In this document: positions 1 to 10,062 of the stretch, piece by piece
Layout of the letters: the number at the start of each line of letters is the position of its first letter
Position numbering within the stretch: the stretch's first letter is position 1
Assembly (NCBI GenBank): GCA_045105515.1
Contig: JBGCDR010000108.1
Coordinates: forward strand, 1-64,000
Direction of reading: 5' to 3'
DNA: 64,000 bases
Source: Oligoflexales bacterium
GTDB lineage: Bacteria > Bdellovibrionota_B > Oligoflexia > Oligoflexales > Bog-1112
Translations under genes and position numbers: made by a program
The notes under the pieces: generated by a model
What the model saw: only the letters and a program-made list of their open reading frames with translations
What the model was told of the DNA's origin: nothing
Databases searched by the model: none

Positions 1-170
1 TAATCATAGCATGTTGATATTACATATATATTATATGGCGGTTTTTTCTGTTTTTACATCATATCTTTTGCGGTTTCAGTGATTATACATGGAAAGTAGG
101 TGTTAATGGGAGCTTAATCTTCGTCTTGCCAGTAAATATAACATTTAATAACTGTTAGTTAAAAAATAAA

Positions 171-197
171 TTAATAATATTTTCTATAATCCGATAG
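171..197 (+). promoter_or_regulatory. Possible sigma28-like promoter upstream of the pilin-like cluster
   Basis: TTAA-N15-TCCGATAG versus consensus TAAA-N15-GCCGATAA; the AT-rich context weakens the -35 match. Confidence 0.3.
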
Positions 198-325
198 AGA
201 ATTAACAGACGAGAATCATAGTAATTGTTTATAGTAATCTGCCGGTTCGCTTTCCAAATGGGTGTTGTGGAAGCTTATTGGATGTTTAAGAGGGTACGAA
301 ATTAGTGCTCTGCTTGAGGGATGTC

Positions 326-1123
326 ATGTCACCAGAAAACAAGCATGTTAACGAGAAAAAAAATTTGCAAGAAGTCTCTGTTAATTCAGGAGAAGCTGGC
401 GTTGCCTCTCTTCTAACTGTCATAATACTTTTTGGTGTAACATTTTCAATTTTCAGTTTCCTTAGCCTACAGTCTGATAGGCAGTTAAAGCAACTTTTGC
501 GTGAAGAGCTGAAAGTGGATAAGCTCCTTGTTAATCGTGCTTTGGCCTTCCAGGCCAATTGTGCTGCCATAAGTAGTTTCACTTGTTCGGGTGCAGGGCC
601 TTTAAAAGTCGATGATATAAAAGGAAATGATCTGATTGTTAATTCAGGTAATAAGAAGATCGGTAAATGGAATACTCGGATTCGATGTGTTTCAGACGAA
701 TACGAGGTACAAGTTGCTCGACTTAAATCTCCTGGTGTGTTCGAGACAGACCCTTTTACCAACCAGCCAGATTCCTGGGAAAGTATAGGTAATTTGGAGA
801 GCTTGTGTGTACGTGAGCGTCAAGTAATTGCCGGGACACCTTGTTATGGCGCAGATACTGGGGGCTTAATTGGCTCGGCAGTGGGGCGCACGGTACTGCC
901 TGCAGAGGTTTTAGCAGCCTGTAATTCTACTTCGCCACCCTGTCAATTTAAGGGGAAACCATCTGATCCACTTATTAAGCATGGAGGTTTCACCTACTGC
1001 CCGGATAGTCTAGAGAGCTTTCCCACTTGTCCTGCCGGATTTCATGCTGAACTAGAATATGTTGACCGATATGGTTGGGGCGGAATTGACTACACCAAAT
1101 TTACAATCTGTATTCAAGGGTAA
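326..1123 (+). CDS. Type IV pilin-like (PilX-type, no Glu5) protein with Cys-rich C-terminal domain
   Basis: ORF 305..1123; ATG 326 follows GAGGG. Leader SGEAG|VASLLTVIILFGVTFSIFSFL resembles a prepilin cleavage site plus hydrophobic helix. Core motifs GKWNTRIRC, EVQVAR, DPFT...W...LC are shared with the next two ORFs. Confidence 0.65.
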   Translation: MSPENKHVNEKKNLQEVSVNSGEAGVASLLTVIILFGVTFSIFSFLSLQSDRQLKQLLREELKVDKLLVNRALAFQANCAAISSFTCSGAGPLKVDDIKGNDLIVNSGNKKIGKWNTRIRCVSDEYEVQVARLKSPGVFETDPFTNQPDSWESIGNLESLCVRERQVIAGTPCYGADTGGLIGSAVGRTVLPAEVLAACNSTSPPCQFKGKPSDPLIKHGGFTYCPDSLESFPTCPAGFHAELEYVDRYGWGGIDYTKFTICIQG

Positions 1124-1134
1124 GAGTTTATAGA

Positions 1135-1857
1135 ATGCAAATACTAATAAAAATAAAAAATATTCTTATTGGTCCAGTGTATAATTCCCAGTCCGGTGAG
1201 AGTCTACTTTCTCTTCTTGTTTCTCTTGCACTTGCTTCGATTTTAGTATTGCAAATTAACAATGTAGCTAAGAGTACTATTTCTAGTAGACAGCATAATG
1301 AGCTACGAAAGAATAAAAACGATATTAAAAGAATGTTTCTGAATACTCTAGACTGTAAGTCTTTCGATTATTCTTGTGATGACGGTGATCCAGTAACCCT
1401 TAAAAATTTTGAGGGAGAAATTTTGGTAGCTACTCCTTATAGTAGCTATGGGCGTTGGTCTGTTAGAGCTGTATGTCAAGATAATACTCCGGAACTGCTA
1501 TTTGCTTTGTTAGATCCTGCTGATGACACAAAATTTTTGAAAGATCCTAAAACTAGAAAAGAAATGAATTGGTCTGAGCCAGCAGTTGTTGCACAAGGGG
1601 AACTTTGTAGAACTGCACCAAATCCTTTACAGATAATTGTTGGTACAAGGTGCGATCGCGAAACAAGGCTTATTTCAGGATCACCTCTATCTGGAGCTAC
1701 CCCCTCTCCAATGTGGTTGCCAGGTCTTGTTTGCAATCCAGATGGATCCGATGAGCCAAAACCAAACTGTCCTACAGGAACCTATGAAGTGTACTCATAT
1801 TGGGATCGTGATGATGATTGGGGTAAAAGTGGTTCATGGGTGGTGGCATGCAGGTAA
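1135..1857 (+). CDS. Type IV pilin-like protein, paralog 2
   Basis: SQSG|ESLLSLLVSLALASILV prepilin-like N-terminus; GRWSVRAVC, DPKT...NWS...LC core; C-terminal PNCPTG...WDR...C. Confidence 0.7.
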   Translation: MQILIKIKNILIGPVYNSQSGESLLSLLVSLALASILVLQINNVAKSTISSRQHNELRKNKNDIKRMFLNTLDCKSFDYSCDDGDPVTLKNFEGEILVATPYSSYGRWSVRAVCQDNTPELLFALLDPADDTKFLKDPKTRKEMNWSEPAVVAQGELCRTAPNPLQIIVGTRCDRETRLISGSPLSGATPSPMWLPGLVCNPDGSDEPKPNCPTGTYEVYSYWDRDDDWGKSGSWVVACR

Positions 1858-2600
1858 AGAATTCTCAAGAAGGTTATACCTTAACTGAACTCATTGTTAC
1901 CACAGGCCTATTGTTTGTTGTAATCAGCATAATTACTGTTTATACGGCTAACCAGTGAAAGGTAGCATTAAAACAAGCGATAAAATCTGAAAGGCTTGAT
2001 GTAGAGTTAGAGTTAAAAATGCGTGTTAACTGCAACGTTTTGCCCTTAACTTGTACTGTTGGAGATTTCTTGGCTGCTTCAGATAAGTTAGGCCAACCTC
2101 TTTTAGCTGATGTTGATATTGATCCCACAACACAATTGGGTAGATGGCAAGTGAGGATTCAATGTCAAGCTGCCAATGAAGTTGAAGTGCAGATAGCAAG
2201 AACAAGAAATGGAACGAAATTTTCAAGAGATCCAATTATTAAAGAAAAAACAGATGGCACTCCAAATTTGTTTGACTGGTCACATCCCCAATCTGCGCTC
2301 CTCAACCGAGATGGACTTTGTGGTCAAGCAGAAAGCACGACTGAAAATTTTCAAATAGAAAGGGGCACTATCTGTACAGTATCAGGTACCGCTGTCCCAG
2401 TCTGTATTACTACTGGAGGAAACTCTCCAAACTGTCCTTGCACAGCACCTGAGCCCGACCCCTGTCCTACTGGTTTCATAACATCACATGTAATTGACGA
2501 CTCTTTCGGTGGAAGTGATAACTCTTGGTCAGGTACCCACGGCGGTGTTATTCTATACACATATGGCAGGCAGAGATTGCGTTACTGTGCCCCCAAGTAA
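1848..2600 (+). pseudogene. Type IV prepilin-like gene, paralog 3, interrupted by in-frame TGA at 1956-1958
   Basis: Manual translation from ATG 1848: MQVKNSQEG|YTLTELIVTTGLLFVVISIITVYTANQ*KVALKQAIKSERLDVELELKMRVNC..., in frame with ORF 2019..2600. Canonical G|YTLxE prepilin motif. Confidence 0.75.
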
Positions 2601-2719
2601 CGTAAAAATCTAATTAAAAATATATTGTAAATATCATTATTAATAGTTGCTTATAGAAGTTTCTTAAGCGAACTCTCTCTTCTTCCGCTCCTATTCATAA
2701 GGAGGCGACGAAGTAGAGG

Positions 2720-4711
2720 ATGCTGTATAAAAAGCATATTTTAAAAATCCTACCCTTGACGTTATGTATATTTTTTACAGCATGTCAGAAAAAAACAATC
2801 AATGGCTCTCATGGAAATTCAGCTCTTAACAGCCAAGAAATAGACCCAGATGACTCTGATGGAATTTTTGTCGGCAATGGTAATCAGGAGCAAATTGACC
2901 ATAATGGATTTTTAATGCTTACCAGCTGTTATTTGGAAGATCGAAATATAGCTATTTGTAACTTTGGCTCTGATTTTGACGGAAACTTTGATTTTTCATT
3001 GGTCAATATTGTGGATGAAAATGGTGTGGTAATAAGCGCGCAAGATCTTGAACTTGAGTTGATCGATGAAAATTCGGAACCTAAACTTAAAATTGTTGCA
3101 AAAGAAAATATTGTGATCAAAGGAGTGCTAGATTCTTCAATTGATCAGCCAGTAACTCTTGAAAAGAAAAAAAGTTCAATTGGTATGAATTTAGCTGATA
3201 TTGGTGACTCATCCACACAGTTGGCTTTTTTGAACTTAGCTAAATCAGCTCGCTGGGAAAATAGCTCAGATTTAGATCTTGATGAAAATGCTTATATCAA
3301 GACTTTGGATCCTGGTCAGAAGGCTCGTTTAGTTTTCCTGACTCTCTATGCTTATCAACTTCCATTTGAAAGACTCATCGTCAGGTATGAAGGGAAGGGC
3401 ACCATTTCTTACAGTGGCTTAATAAAAGATGAGAATGCATCTGCTGATGGGAAGCATGTACTTACGGTTGAAAATCCGAATACTGTTGAAGAAAAACTAA
3501 TCCTAATTATTGAGTCTACTGATCCTGCTGACTACATTAGAAATATTTCTATAGTTCCAGAAAAATATTTGGAACTCTATGATAAGGGTGAAGTTTTTAA
3601 TCCTCTTTGGATTGAAAAATTTAAAACCTTCAAACTTTTTAAATTTACTGACTGGATGGCAACCGATGCCTCGACCCTCAGTACCTGGGAGCAAAGGCCC
3701 ATGCAAAGCCAAATAAGCTATGCATTTGCACCCCCAGGTCGTTACAAGGGGGTTCCTATCGAACTTATGGTAAAGCTTGCAAACAAGACCAACACTGATC
3801 CTTGGTTTAATATGCCACATTTGGCAGATGACAATTTCATCAGTCAATTTGCAAATTTAGTAAAGTCTAGCCTCAATACTAATTTGACTGCTTATATTGA
3901 ACATTCTATGGAAACCTGGGGAACTTATAATCCTCAAGGTGAATATGGGAATAGTTCAGCAACAGCTAGATGGGGTCAGATTGAGCACCCTCAGGTTCAG
4001 TGGCAGGGAATGCGTTCTGCACGTATGTGTGAATCTTGGAAACGCGAGTGGGGGACGGACGCGAATCGAGTGCATTGTACCTTGGGAGTCCAAAGAACTT
4101 ATTATGCCAGAGGTGAAATCGCTTTAGACTGCCCTAGCTGGGTTGCCGAAGGTAATGAGGCATGTGGCAACAGTATTGACTCAGTTGGTATAGATGCGTC
4201 TTTCAATGCTTTCCTTGATGGTGGCTGGGATGGGGCGTACACAGATACTATTAGAGCCTGGTTTGCCGAACCTGATGGAGGCCTAAGCAAAGCTTATGAA
4301 CAGTTGCTCGATGGCAGGCATTTAAATGAAAAAGGTTCGATAAAGGGTCTGCAAAATGACTACGAATACTATAAAGAGCTTGCTGATCGTTTTGAAATCG
4401 ATCTAGTTGCATTTGCAGGTGGTTCTCAGGTCAAAAATGGAGGGACACCAGTTGCCAACGACCAAGACTTTATTGATTTTCACTTAGCAATTAACCGAGG
4501 TGATGGGATGTACAATATCCATACAGAAAACCTAAATGCTTGGGTAAACTCTGGAGGATCCTTGTATGTGCATTCGGTTGATATTCACCGTTCTGCCAAT
4601 TCAGCTCATGCTGGGGCTCTTGAGCACTTGCTGCAAAGTTCCAGCCCGCATTGGGATGCTATTTCTGAATTTAATTCCGCAAATGAATGCTGGTGGGATG
4701 CTTGTAAATAG
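2720..4711 (+). CDS. Lipoprotein with glycoside-hydrolase-like ('cellulose-binding protein' type) domain
   Basis: Lipobox FFTA|C; RBS AAGGAGG upstream; family-type motifs FNPxW, FTDW, GVPIELMVKLAN...DPWFNMPH, YIEHSMETW. Confidence 0.7.
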   Translation: MLYKKHILKILPLTLCIFFTACQKKTINGSHGNSALNSQEIDPDDSDGIFVGNGNQEQIDHNGFLMLTSCYLEDRNIAICNFGSDFDGNFDFSLVNIVDENGVVISAQDLELELIDENSEPKLKIVAKENIVIKGVLDSSIDQPVTLEKKKSSIGMNLADIGDSSTQLAFLNLAKSARWENSSDLDLDENAYIKTLDPGQKARLVFLTLYAYQLPFERLIVRYEGKGTISYSGLIKDENASADGKHVLTVENPNTVEEKLILIIESTDPADYIRNISIVPEKYLELYDKGEVFNPLWIEKFKTFKLFKFTDWMATDASTLSTWEQRPMQSQISYAFAPPGRYKGVPIELMVKLANKTNTDPWFNMPHLADDNFISQFANLVKSSLNTNLTAYIEHSMETWGTYNPQGEYGNSSATARWGQIEHPQVQWQGMRSARMCESWKREWGTDANRVHCTLGVQRTYYARGEIALDCPSWVAEGNEACGNSIDSVGIDASFNAFLDGGWDGAYTDTIRAWFAEPDGGLSKAYEQLLDGRHLNEKGSIKGLQNDYEYYKELADRFEIDLVAFAGGSQVKNGGTPVANDQDFIDFHLAINRGDGMYNIHTENLNAWVNSGGSLYVHSVDIHRSANSAHAGALEHLLQSSSPHWDAISEFNSANECWWDACK

Positions 4712-4714
4712 GCT

Positions 4715-4814
4715 TTATCTGTCATCCCGACGCTTTGTTATCTGTCATCCCGACGTTTTATCTGTCATCCCGAGCTTGCCGAGGGATCCCCCCCGGATCC
4801 CCCCCGGATCCCCC
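4715..4814 (+). repeat. REP-like element with tandemly amplified ends
   Basis: TTATCTGTCATCCCGA at 4715, 4738 and 4758; complete hairpin GTCATCCCGAGCTTGCCGAGGGATC; then GGAT(C)7 at 4784 and 4795 and GGAT(C)5 at 4806. Confidence 0.85.
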
Positions 4815-4841
4815 TAATCACTTTATTTAGTTGAGATGATT

Positions 4842-5273
4842 TTAAGCAACCCGCACAGCAAGCATATCGCAGCCGGTATTTTTAACTAGGTTCACTGTAT
4901 TATTGTCAAAGAAAAGACCGTTGATTCCATGCCTTTTGTGATTTCCCATGATTAACAAGTCCGCCTCAACAATCTCAACCAAATCTACGATCACTTTTTT
5001 GATTGCTCCAACTTTCACAAACTGTGAGTCCCTTGGTATCTCATAGATTGTTCCCAACCCAGCTACTCTTTTCCTGGCGTAAGCCTCATGTTTTTCAACA
5101 CAATCAAATATCTCAGGTGATGACATACCATAATTGTAAATGGGGCTGATGACATGGACCAGATTTAACTTAGCTTTGTAGCCCTTGCTAAGATCCAATG
5201 CTTTGCGTAAAAGTTGTTCATCTTCGTTTTGGTTTAGCCCCACTGCAACTAGAATGTTCATGTACCTGTTCAT
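4842..5273 (-). CDS. Universal stress protein (UspA family)
   Basis: YMNILVAV...LNLVHV...ADLLIMGNH...LVKNTGCDMLAV; 143 aa Usp pattern. Confidence 0.9.
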   Translation of the reverse strand: MNRYMNILVAVGLNQNEDEQLLRKALDLSKGYKAKLNLVHVISPIYNYGMSSPEIFDCVEKHEAYARKRVAGLGTIYEIPRDSQFVKVGAIKKVIVDLVEIVEADLLIMGNHKRHGINGLFFDNNTVNLVKNTGCDMLAVRVA

Positions 5274-5458
5274 TTCATACTATCCTTAAAGTATCAAAAT
5301 TAATATAATCACTAATAATAACTATTATTAAAAATAACTAGCGCATTAATATTAATACGCCTTTTAATGAAATTTTATATACTTAAATATGACTTACATT
5401 CTACGGATTCTATAGGGGGAGTAAGGAGAATATTGGGAACTTTACTAGCTGATTTAAG

Positions 5459-6337
5459 CTAAGCCCGACTTTCCCAATGCTTAACCAATGTAGAAGCAAT
5501 ATCCGCAGGCGATTTAGCTACTGCTACGCCAGCTGCTTGCAGAGCTTCCATCTTCTCAGCTGCCGTTCCTTTACCGCCTGAAATAATCGCACCGGCATGG
5601 CCCATGCGCTTGCCAGCTGGGGCTGTCTGACCTGCAATAAACCCGCAAACTGGTTTGGTGATATTTTCTTTGATAAATTGAGCAGCCTTGATTTCCGCGT
5701 CCCCACCTATTTCACCTATCATGATGATACCTTCGGTCTGAGGATCTTCTTCAAACTTTTTCAACAACTCAATATAGGAAGTTCCAATGATTGGGTCCCC
5801 GCCAATACCCACACAGCTCGATTGTCCTAATCCGGCGGCAGTTGTTTGACCAACTGCTTCATAGGTGAGGGTTCCAGACTTAGAGATAATCCCAACCTTT
5901 CCTGGTTTATGGACATGACCAGGCATGATGCCGATCTTGCATTTTCCTGGGGTGATCACTCCAGGGCAGTTTGGACCAATTAAGGTGCTATTCGAACGCT
6001 CGAGGGCTTTTTTAACGGGTGCCATATCAAGAACAGGAATTCCTTCAGTGATACAAACAATCAGCTCAATTTCTGCATCTATGGCTTCTAAAATTGCATC
6101 AGCAGCAAAGGGGGGTGGCACGAATATCATCGATGCATTGCAATCAGCTTTCGCTTTTGCTTCTTTTACAGTATCAAAAACAGCTAGGCCTTCGACAGTG
6201 GTTCCACCTTTACCAGGAGTGACTCCGCCAACAAATCTGGGAGCATACTCATGTGATAGTTTGGTATGAAATAAGCCCGACTTCCCGGTGATACCTTGGG
6301 TTATGACCTTTGTGTTTTCATCAACTAAAATTCCCAC
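5459..6337 (-). CDS. sucD: Succinate-CoA ligase alpha subunit
   Basis: [35 protein letters not shown] motifs. Confidence 0.98.
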   Translation of the reverse strand: MGILVDENTKVITQGITGKSGLFHTKLSHEYAPRFVGGVTPGKGGTTVEGLAVFDTVKEAKAKADCNASMIFVPPPFAADAILEAIDAEIELIVCITEGIPVLDMAPVKKALERSNSTLIGPNCPGVITPGKCKIGIMPGHVHKPGKVGIISKSGTLTYEAVGQTTAAGLGQSSCVGIGGDPIIGTSYIELLKKFEEDPQTEGIIMIGEIGGDAEIKAAQFIKENITKPVCGFIAGQTAPAGKRMGHAGAIISGGKGTAAEKMEALQAAGVAVAKSPADIASTLVKHWESRA

Positions 6338-6403
6338 AATAAAAGCTCCTCAAGCTTAGTTTTTAAAATTCGTTAAGAAAAATCTTGAATGGAGGTCTTG
6401 TCC

Positions 6404-7567
6404 TTAGGACTTAAGGGCATCAGTAATCTTTTTTGCACCATCTGCCATGTTGTCAGCTGCAAGAATATCAAGACCAGATTCTTTGAGGATTTTTTTACCC
6501 TCTTCCACATTTGTGCCTTCGAGTCTGACCACCAATGGAACGGAAACTCCGAGGGATTTAGAAGCTGCAAGGACCCCTTTTGCTATGACATCGCAACGCA
6601 TGATGCCACCAAATATATTCACAAAAATGCCTTTGACAGCTTTGTCCTGCAAAATAATGCGGAATGCATTGGTCACCATTTCTTCTGTAGCACCACCACC
6701 CACATCAAGAAAGTTTGCAGGCTCGCCGCCATAGTATTTGATGATATCCATGGTTGCCATAGCCAAGCCGGCGCCGTTTACAAGACAGCCAATGTTGCCT
6801 TCTAGGCCGATATAACTAAGGCCGTATTTAGAAGCTTCCACTTCTCGTTCGTCCTCTTCCTCAAAATCTCGCATAGCTTCGATTTCTGGGTGACGGAAAA
6901 GAGCGTTCTCGTCAAAGTTCATCTTGCCATCAAGAGGAATCATTTGTCCCTCAGTGGTGACCACAAGTGGATTTATTTCAAGCATGGAAAAATCATACTT
7001 AACAAACATGGTGTAGAGCTTTTTCACTAATTGCGATAAGCTCTTTACCTCAGTTTTCGGCAAGTTTAATCCTGCGGTCAACGACCTGAGGTGGTAAGCT
7101 TGCAAACCGATAGTGGGATCTACATTCACTGTTAACAATTTTTCAGGGGTTTTTTCTGCAACTTCTTCAATATCCACCCCACCTTCAGTGGAAAACATCA
7201 CACCCACGGAAGCGGTTTCACGATCAAGTAATAGAGCTAAGTAATACTCTTTTTCAATCGCACTTCCCGCTTCGATATAAACTTGATTTACTTTTTTTCC
7301 TTCAGGTCCGGTTTGGTGAGTTACCAGCGTCATGCCGATCATTTTTTCGGTTTCTTTTCGGCAATCCTCTGGAGTTTTGACTAGCTTCACTCCTCCCGCT
7401 TTACCTCTGCCGCCGGCGTGGATCTGGGCTTTTACCACCGCCACTGGGCCTTTTAAGCGGCGAAAGGCAAACTCTGCTTCGGTGCCAGTGCGGGCTAAAT
7501 AGCCGGCAGGCACCGTAACACCATTAGAGCGAAATAATTCTTTCGCTTGGTACTCGTGGATGTTCAT
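6404..7567 (-). CDS. sucC: Succinate-CoA ligase beta subunit
   Basis: [47 protein letters not shown]. Confidence 0.98.
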   Translation of the reverse strand: MNIHEYQAKELFRSNGVTVPAGYLARTGTEAEFAFRRLKGPVAVVKAQIHAGGRGKAGGVKLVKTPEDCRKETEKMIGMTLVTHQTGPEGKKVNQVYIEAGSAIEKEYYLALLLDRETASVGVMFSTEGGVDIEEVAEKTPEKLLTVNVDPTIGLQAYHLRSLTAGLNLPKTEVKSLSQLVKKLYTMFVKYDFSMLEINPLVVTTEGQMIPLDGKMNFDENALFRHPEIEAMRDFEEEDEREVEASKYGLSYIGLEGNIGCLVNGAGLAMATMDIIKYYGGEPANFLDVGGGATEEMVTNAFRIILQDKAVKGIFVNIFGGIMRCDVIAKGVLAASKSLGVSVPLVVRLEGTNVEEGKKILKESGLDILAADNMADGAKKITDALKS

Positions 7568-7709
7568 TCAATTTCCTTCCTGTCTTCCGAGCGAGGATTA
7601 GTAAGCCAATAGGATTGGACCATGAACAAGATCCATTGGCTTTGGTATCATACAATCGATTGGATTCTAAGTAAATTGGAAGCGGTCACCTACAGCTTTG
7701 TGCTGAAGC

Positions 7710-8309
7710 TTATGAGCCCATAGCCATACTTTCGAGGAGCTCTACCTCTGAAACCCTCATGCCTAGCTCAGTAGCAACTTTTTCGCTAGAATAACCCTGT
7801 GTTAAGAGCTTACGAGCGTCTTCATACTTCTTTAGCTCAATATCTTTTAAGAGTTCGTCGTAAGGTAAGTCATTGTGGAAGAACCTACATATTTTCTCGC
7901 CTTTTTGAATAGCTTTTAGCAGGCGTTTTTTCTCAAAATCAACTTTCCTGAGCATATTTTCAAGAAGGTGATGCTTCTTGGTCAGTTCTAACATTGGGCT
8001 TTCTAGCTTTTGAGTAAATTCAGTGAAGACTTCCTCAAGATGGGAAGCTAAATTTTCTTTACTTAGGGTTGCATCTTGTTCTACTTCAGCTGCTAGTTTC
8101 ATTATTTTTTTTAGCTGGATTTGTGTCAATTCGCTTGCGCGATCAACTTCTGATTTTACTTCATTTTTTAAGTTATTTAAGAGTCTACGTTCTTCAGTCA
8201 AATCTTGTAGCAATTCATCGCTCCCCTGCTTTCTCTGCAGAAGAAGATAAAGAAAAATTAAAATGCCCACATCAAATAAAGTTAAGAGTATCAAGAAGGT
8301 GTTAGTCAT
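7710..8309 (-). CDS. Membrane-anchored coiled-coil protein with C-terminal DUF2802-like HTH
   Basis: N-terminal TM helix, coiled coil, C-terminal YEDARKLLTQG...VATELGM..SEVELL; last gene of the flagellar operon. Confidence 0.6.
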   Translation of the reverse strand: MTNTFLILLTLFDVGILIFLYLLLQRKQGSDELLQDLTEERRLLNNLKNEVKSEVDRASELTQIQLKKIMKLAAEVEQDATLSKENLASHLEEVFTEFTQKLESPMLELTKKHHLLENMLRKVDFEKKRLLKAIQKGEKICRFFHNDLPYDELLKDIELKKYEDARKLLTQGYSSEKVATELGMRVSEVELLESMAMGS

Positions 8310-8722
8310 TTTGCCTCTTGTAGGAAAGATTTAAGTACTTGCTCGTCGACTTCATCAATGTTTACTGTTTGTACGAGCACGAGCTTTTTCTTACCGCGTT
8401 TACCTATATCTTCGGTTTTTAGGACTTTTGCTAGTACTTTAAACTTGCCTGGGGTGTCCACTCTGCCGTAGTCAACAAATTTCTGCTTTAGGTCCCAATA
8501 GTCGGGCAGAGTTACATTGATTTTGAGCAGAGTCCCATCAGCATAGTCTTTAGGGGACTGAAACTCCATCCCATGAGGACTAATGAATGTAGTTTGGCCC
8601 TTCTCTTCGCTGCCAACGCTTTCATTTGCGAGGTTATAAGGCATGACTCCGAGGTTGATTTTTCTGGAAGATCGTGGATATGCCTTTATGAGATCAATAT
8701 CGAAAACAGTCTTCTCAGCCAT
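8306..8722 (-). CDS. PilZ-like domain protein
   Basis: PRSSRK N-terminal Arg motif, ISPHGM (D/NxSxxG-like), beta-strand pattern ending IDEVDEQVLKSFL; directly downstream of cheY. Confidence 0.55.
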   Translation of the reverse strand: MAEKTVFDIDLIKAYPRSSRKINLGVMPYNLANESVGSEEKGQTTFISPHGMEFQSPKDYADGTLLKINVTLPDYWDLKQKFVDYGRVDTPGKFKVLAKVLKTEDIGKRGKKKLVLVQTVNIDEVDEQVLKSFLQEAK

Positions 8723-8810
8723 AACAAAACCCTCTATGGTAGGCTAATAGGTGAAAATAATTCTCAATCTTTTTACTGACCAATTCTGAATGATAATTCT
8801 TGAGACTTAA

Positions 8811-9221
8811 CTAGCTTGCTGCTTTTGCTCTTTCGCTTTCAAAAATCTTATCCATTTTTTCTTTTAAAGTAGCACCTGTGAAAGGTTTTACTATGTAATT
8901 GCTAACCCCTGCCTTGACAGCTTCTATAATGTTTTCTTTTTCGGCTTCAGCAGTCACCATTAGAAATGGTAAGTGCTTAACCTTTGGGTCAGCTCGGACT
9001 GTCTTTAATAATTCTAGACCAGTCATATTTGGCATATTCCAATCACAGACAATCATTTCAATGTCAGCAGTTGTTTGTAAGGTTGTATAAGCTTTAACAC
9101 CATCTTCAGCTTCAAGAAAATTGTTAAAGCCATTTTGCCTAAGAAGTGTTTTTACAATTCGGCGCATCGTCGGAAAATCATCTACGACGAGAATTTTCAT
9201 GTCTGCTTTACCTAGAGCCAT
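8811..9221 (-). CDS. cheY: Chemotaxis response regulator CheY
   Basis: [34 protein letters not shown]. Confidence 0.95.
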   Translation of the reverse strand: MALGKADMKILVVDDFPTMRRIVKTLLRQNGFNNFLEAEDGVKAYTTLQTTADIEMIVCDWNMPNMTGLELLKTVRADPKVKHLPFLMVTAEAEKENIIEAVKAGVSNYIVKPFTGATLKEKMDKIFESERAKAAS

Positions 9222-9255
9222 AGTTAAAACCTTTCCACATATTGTTACTAAAGGT

Positions 9256-10014
9256 CTAATCGGACAATACTGTTTTTAGTTTAGATCTTAGCTTCTCTAC
9301 AGCTTGTGTATGAAGCTGACTAACCCGTGATTCTGTGACCTCAAGAATCTTACCGATTTCTTTGAGGTTGAGATCTTCGTAGTAATATAAGGATAGTACC
9401 AGTTTTTGTTTTTCAGGAAGTCCTTCAATGTTGTCCATTAAGATCCTACGAACACTTTTACTTTTTAATTGAGTAAATGGATTTTTCGAGCTGGAACTTT
9501 CAAGGCAATCCAGTAAACTTTTGCGTTCATGTTGGTATGGTACGGTAAGATCATCTACGGATAGCAATGTCACTGCTTTGACCTTTGCTACCATATCGTA
9601 ATATTCTTCCAAGTTGATACCCAGAGCATCTGAAATTTCTGTGTCGGTGACGGCTCTTCCGAAACGTTGTTCTAATTCTGCATAAGTTCGCTCAATTTTC
9701 TTAGCTTTATCCCTAACAGAACGAGGTACCCAGTCTTGAGATCTCAGTTCATCTAATATGGCACCTCTGATCCTAAATTCTGCATAGGTCTTAAACTTAT
9801 TATCCCGACTTGGATCATACTTTTCGATCGCGTCCATAAGGCCAATAACCCCAGCACTGATCAAATCGTCTATATCGATATTAGATGGTAAACGTGAAGC
9901 AATGCGTTGAGCAACAAAACGAATGAGTGGAGCATAGTCCATGATAAGTTGGTCACGGAGTTTTCCATCTACTCCCTGACTATCCTGTTTGTATTTCTTT
10001 ACCAATCCCTTCAT
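9256..10014 (-). CDS. fliA: Flagellar sigma factor sigma28
   Basis: [39 protein letters not shown]...ESRVSQLH. Confidence 0.97.
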   Translation of the reverse strand: MKGLVKKYKQDSQGVDGKLRDQLIMDYAPLIRFVAQRIASRLPSNIDIDDLISAGVIGLMDAIEKYDPSRDNKFKTYAEFRIRGAILDELRSQDWVPRSVRDKAKKIERTYAELEQRFGRAVTDTEISDALGINLEEYYDMVAKVKAVTLLSVDDLTVPYQHERKSLLDCLESSSSKNPFTQLKSKSVRRILMDNIEGLPEKQKLVLSLYYYEDLNLKEIGKILEVTESRVSQLHTQAVEKLRSKLKTVLSD

Positions 10015-10062
10015 CGTTACCCTACCTTATAATATCTATGAACTAAAAGACTAGCTTGTGAG

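Noticed and set aside
286..762. Antisense and nested ORFs in the track (e.g. 286..762, 6389..6805, 11885..12403, 23815..24229)
   Set aside because: They are shadows of well-supported genes on the other strand or frame and show no recognisable motifs.
1956..1958. Genetic-code reassignment or selenocysteine at the TGA
   Set aside because: TGA terminates well-conserved genes here (frmA, fghA, rfaD, rluA); the position is not a Cys-equivalent site and no SECIS-like hairpin was evident.
326..2600. Diversity-generating retroelement acting on the pilin tips
   Set aside because: No reverse transcriptase and no near-identical TR/VR pair with adenine-specific differences in the window.
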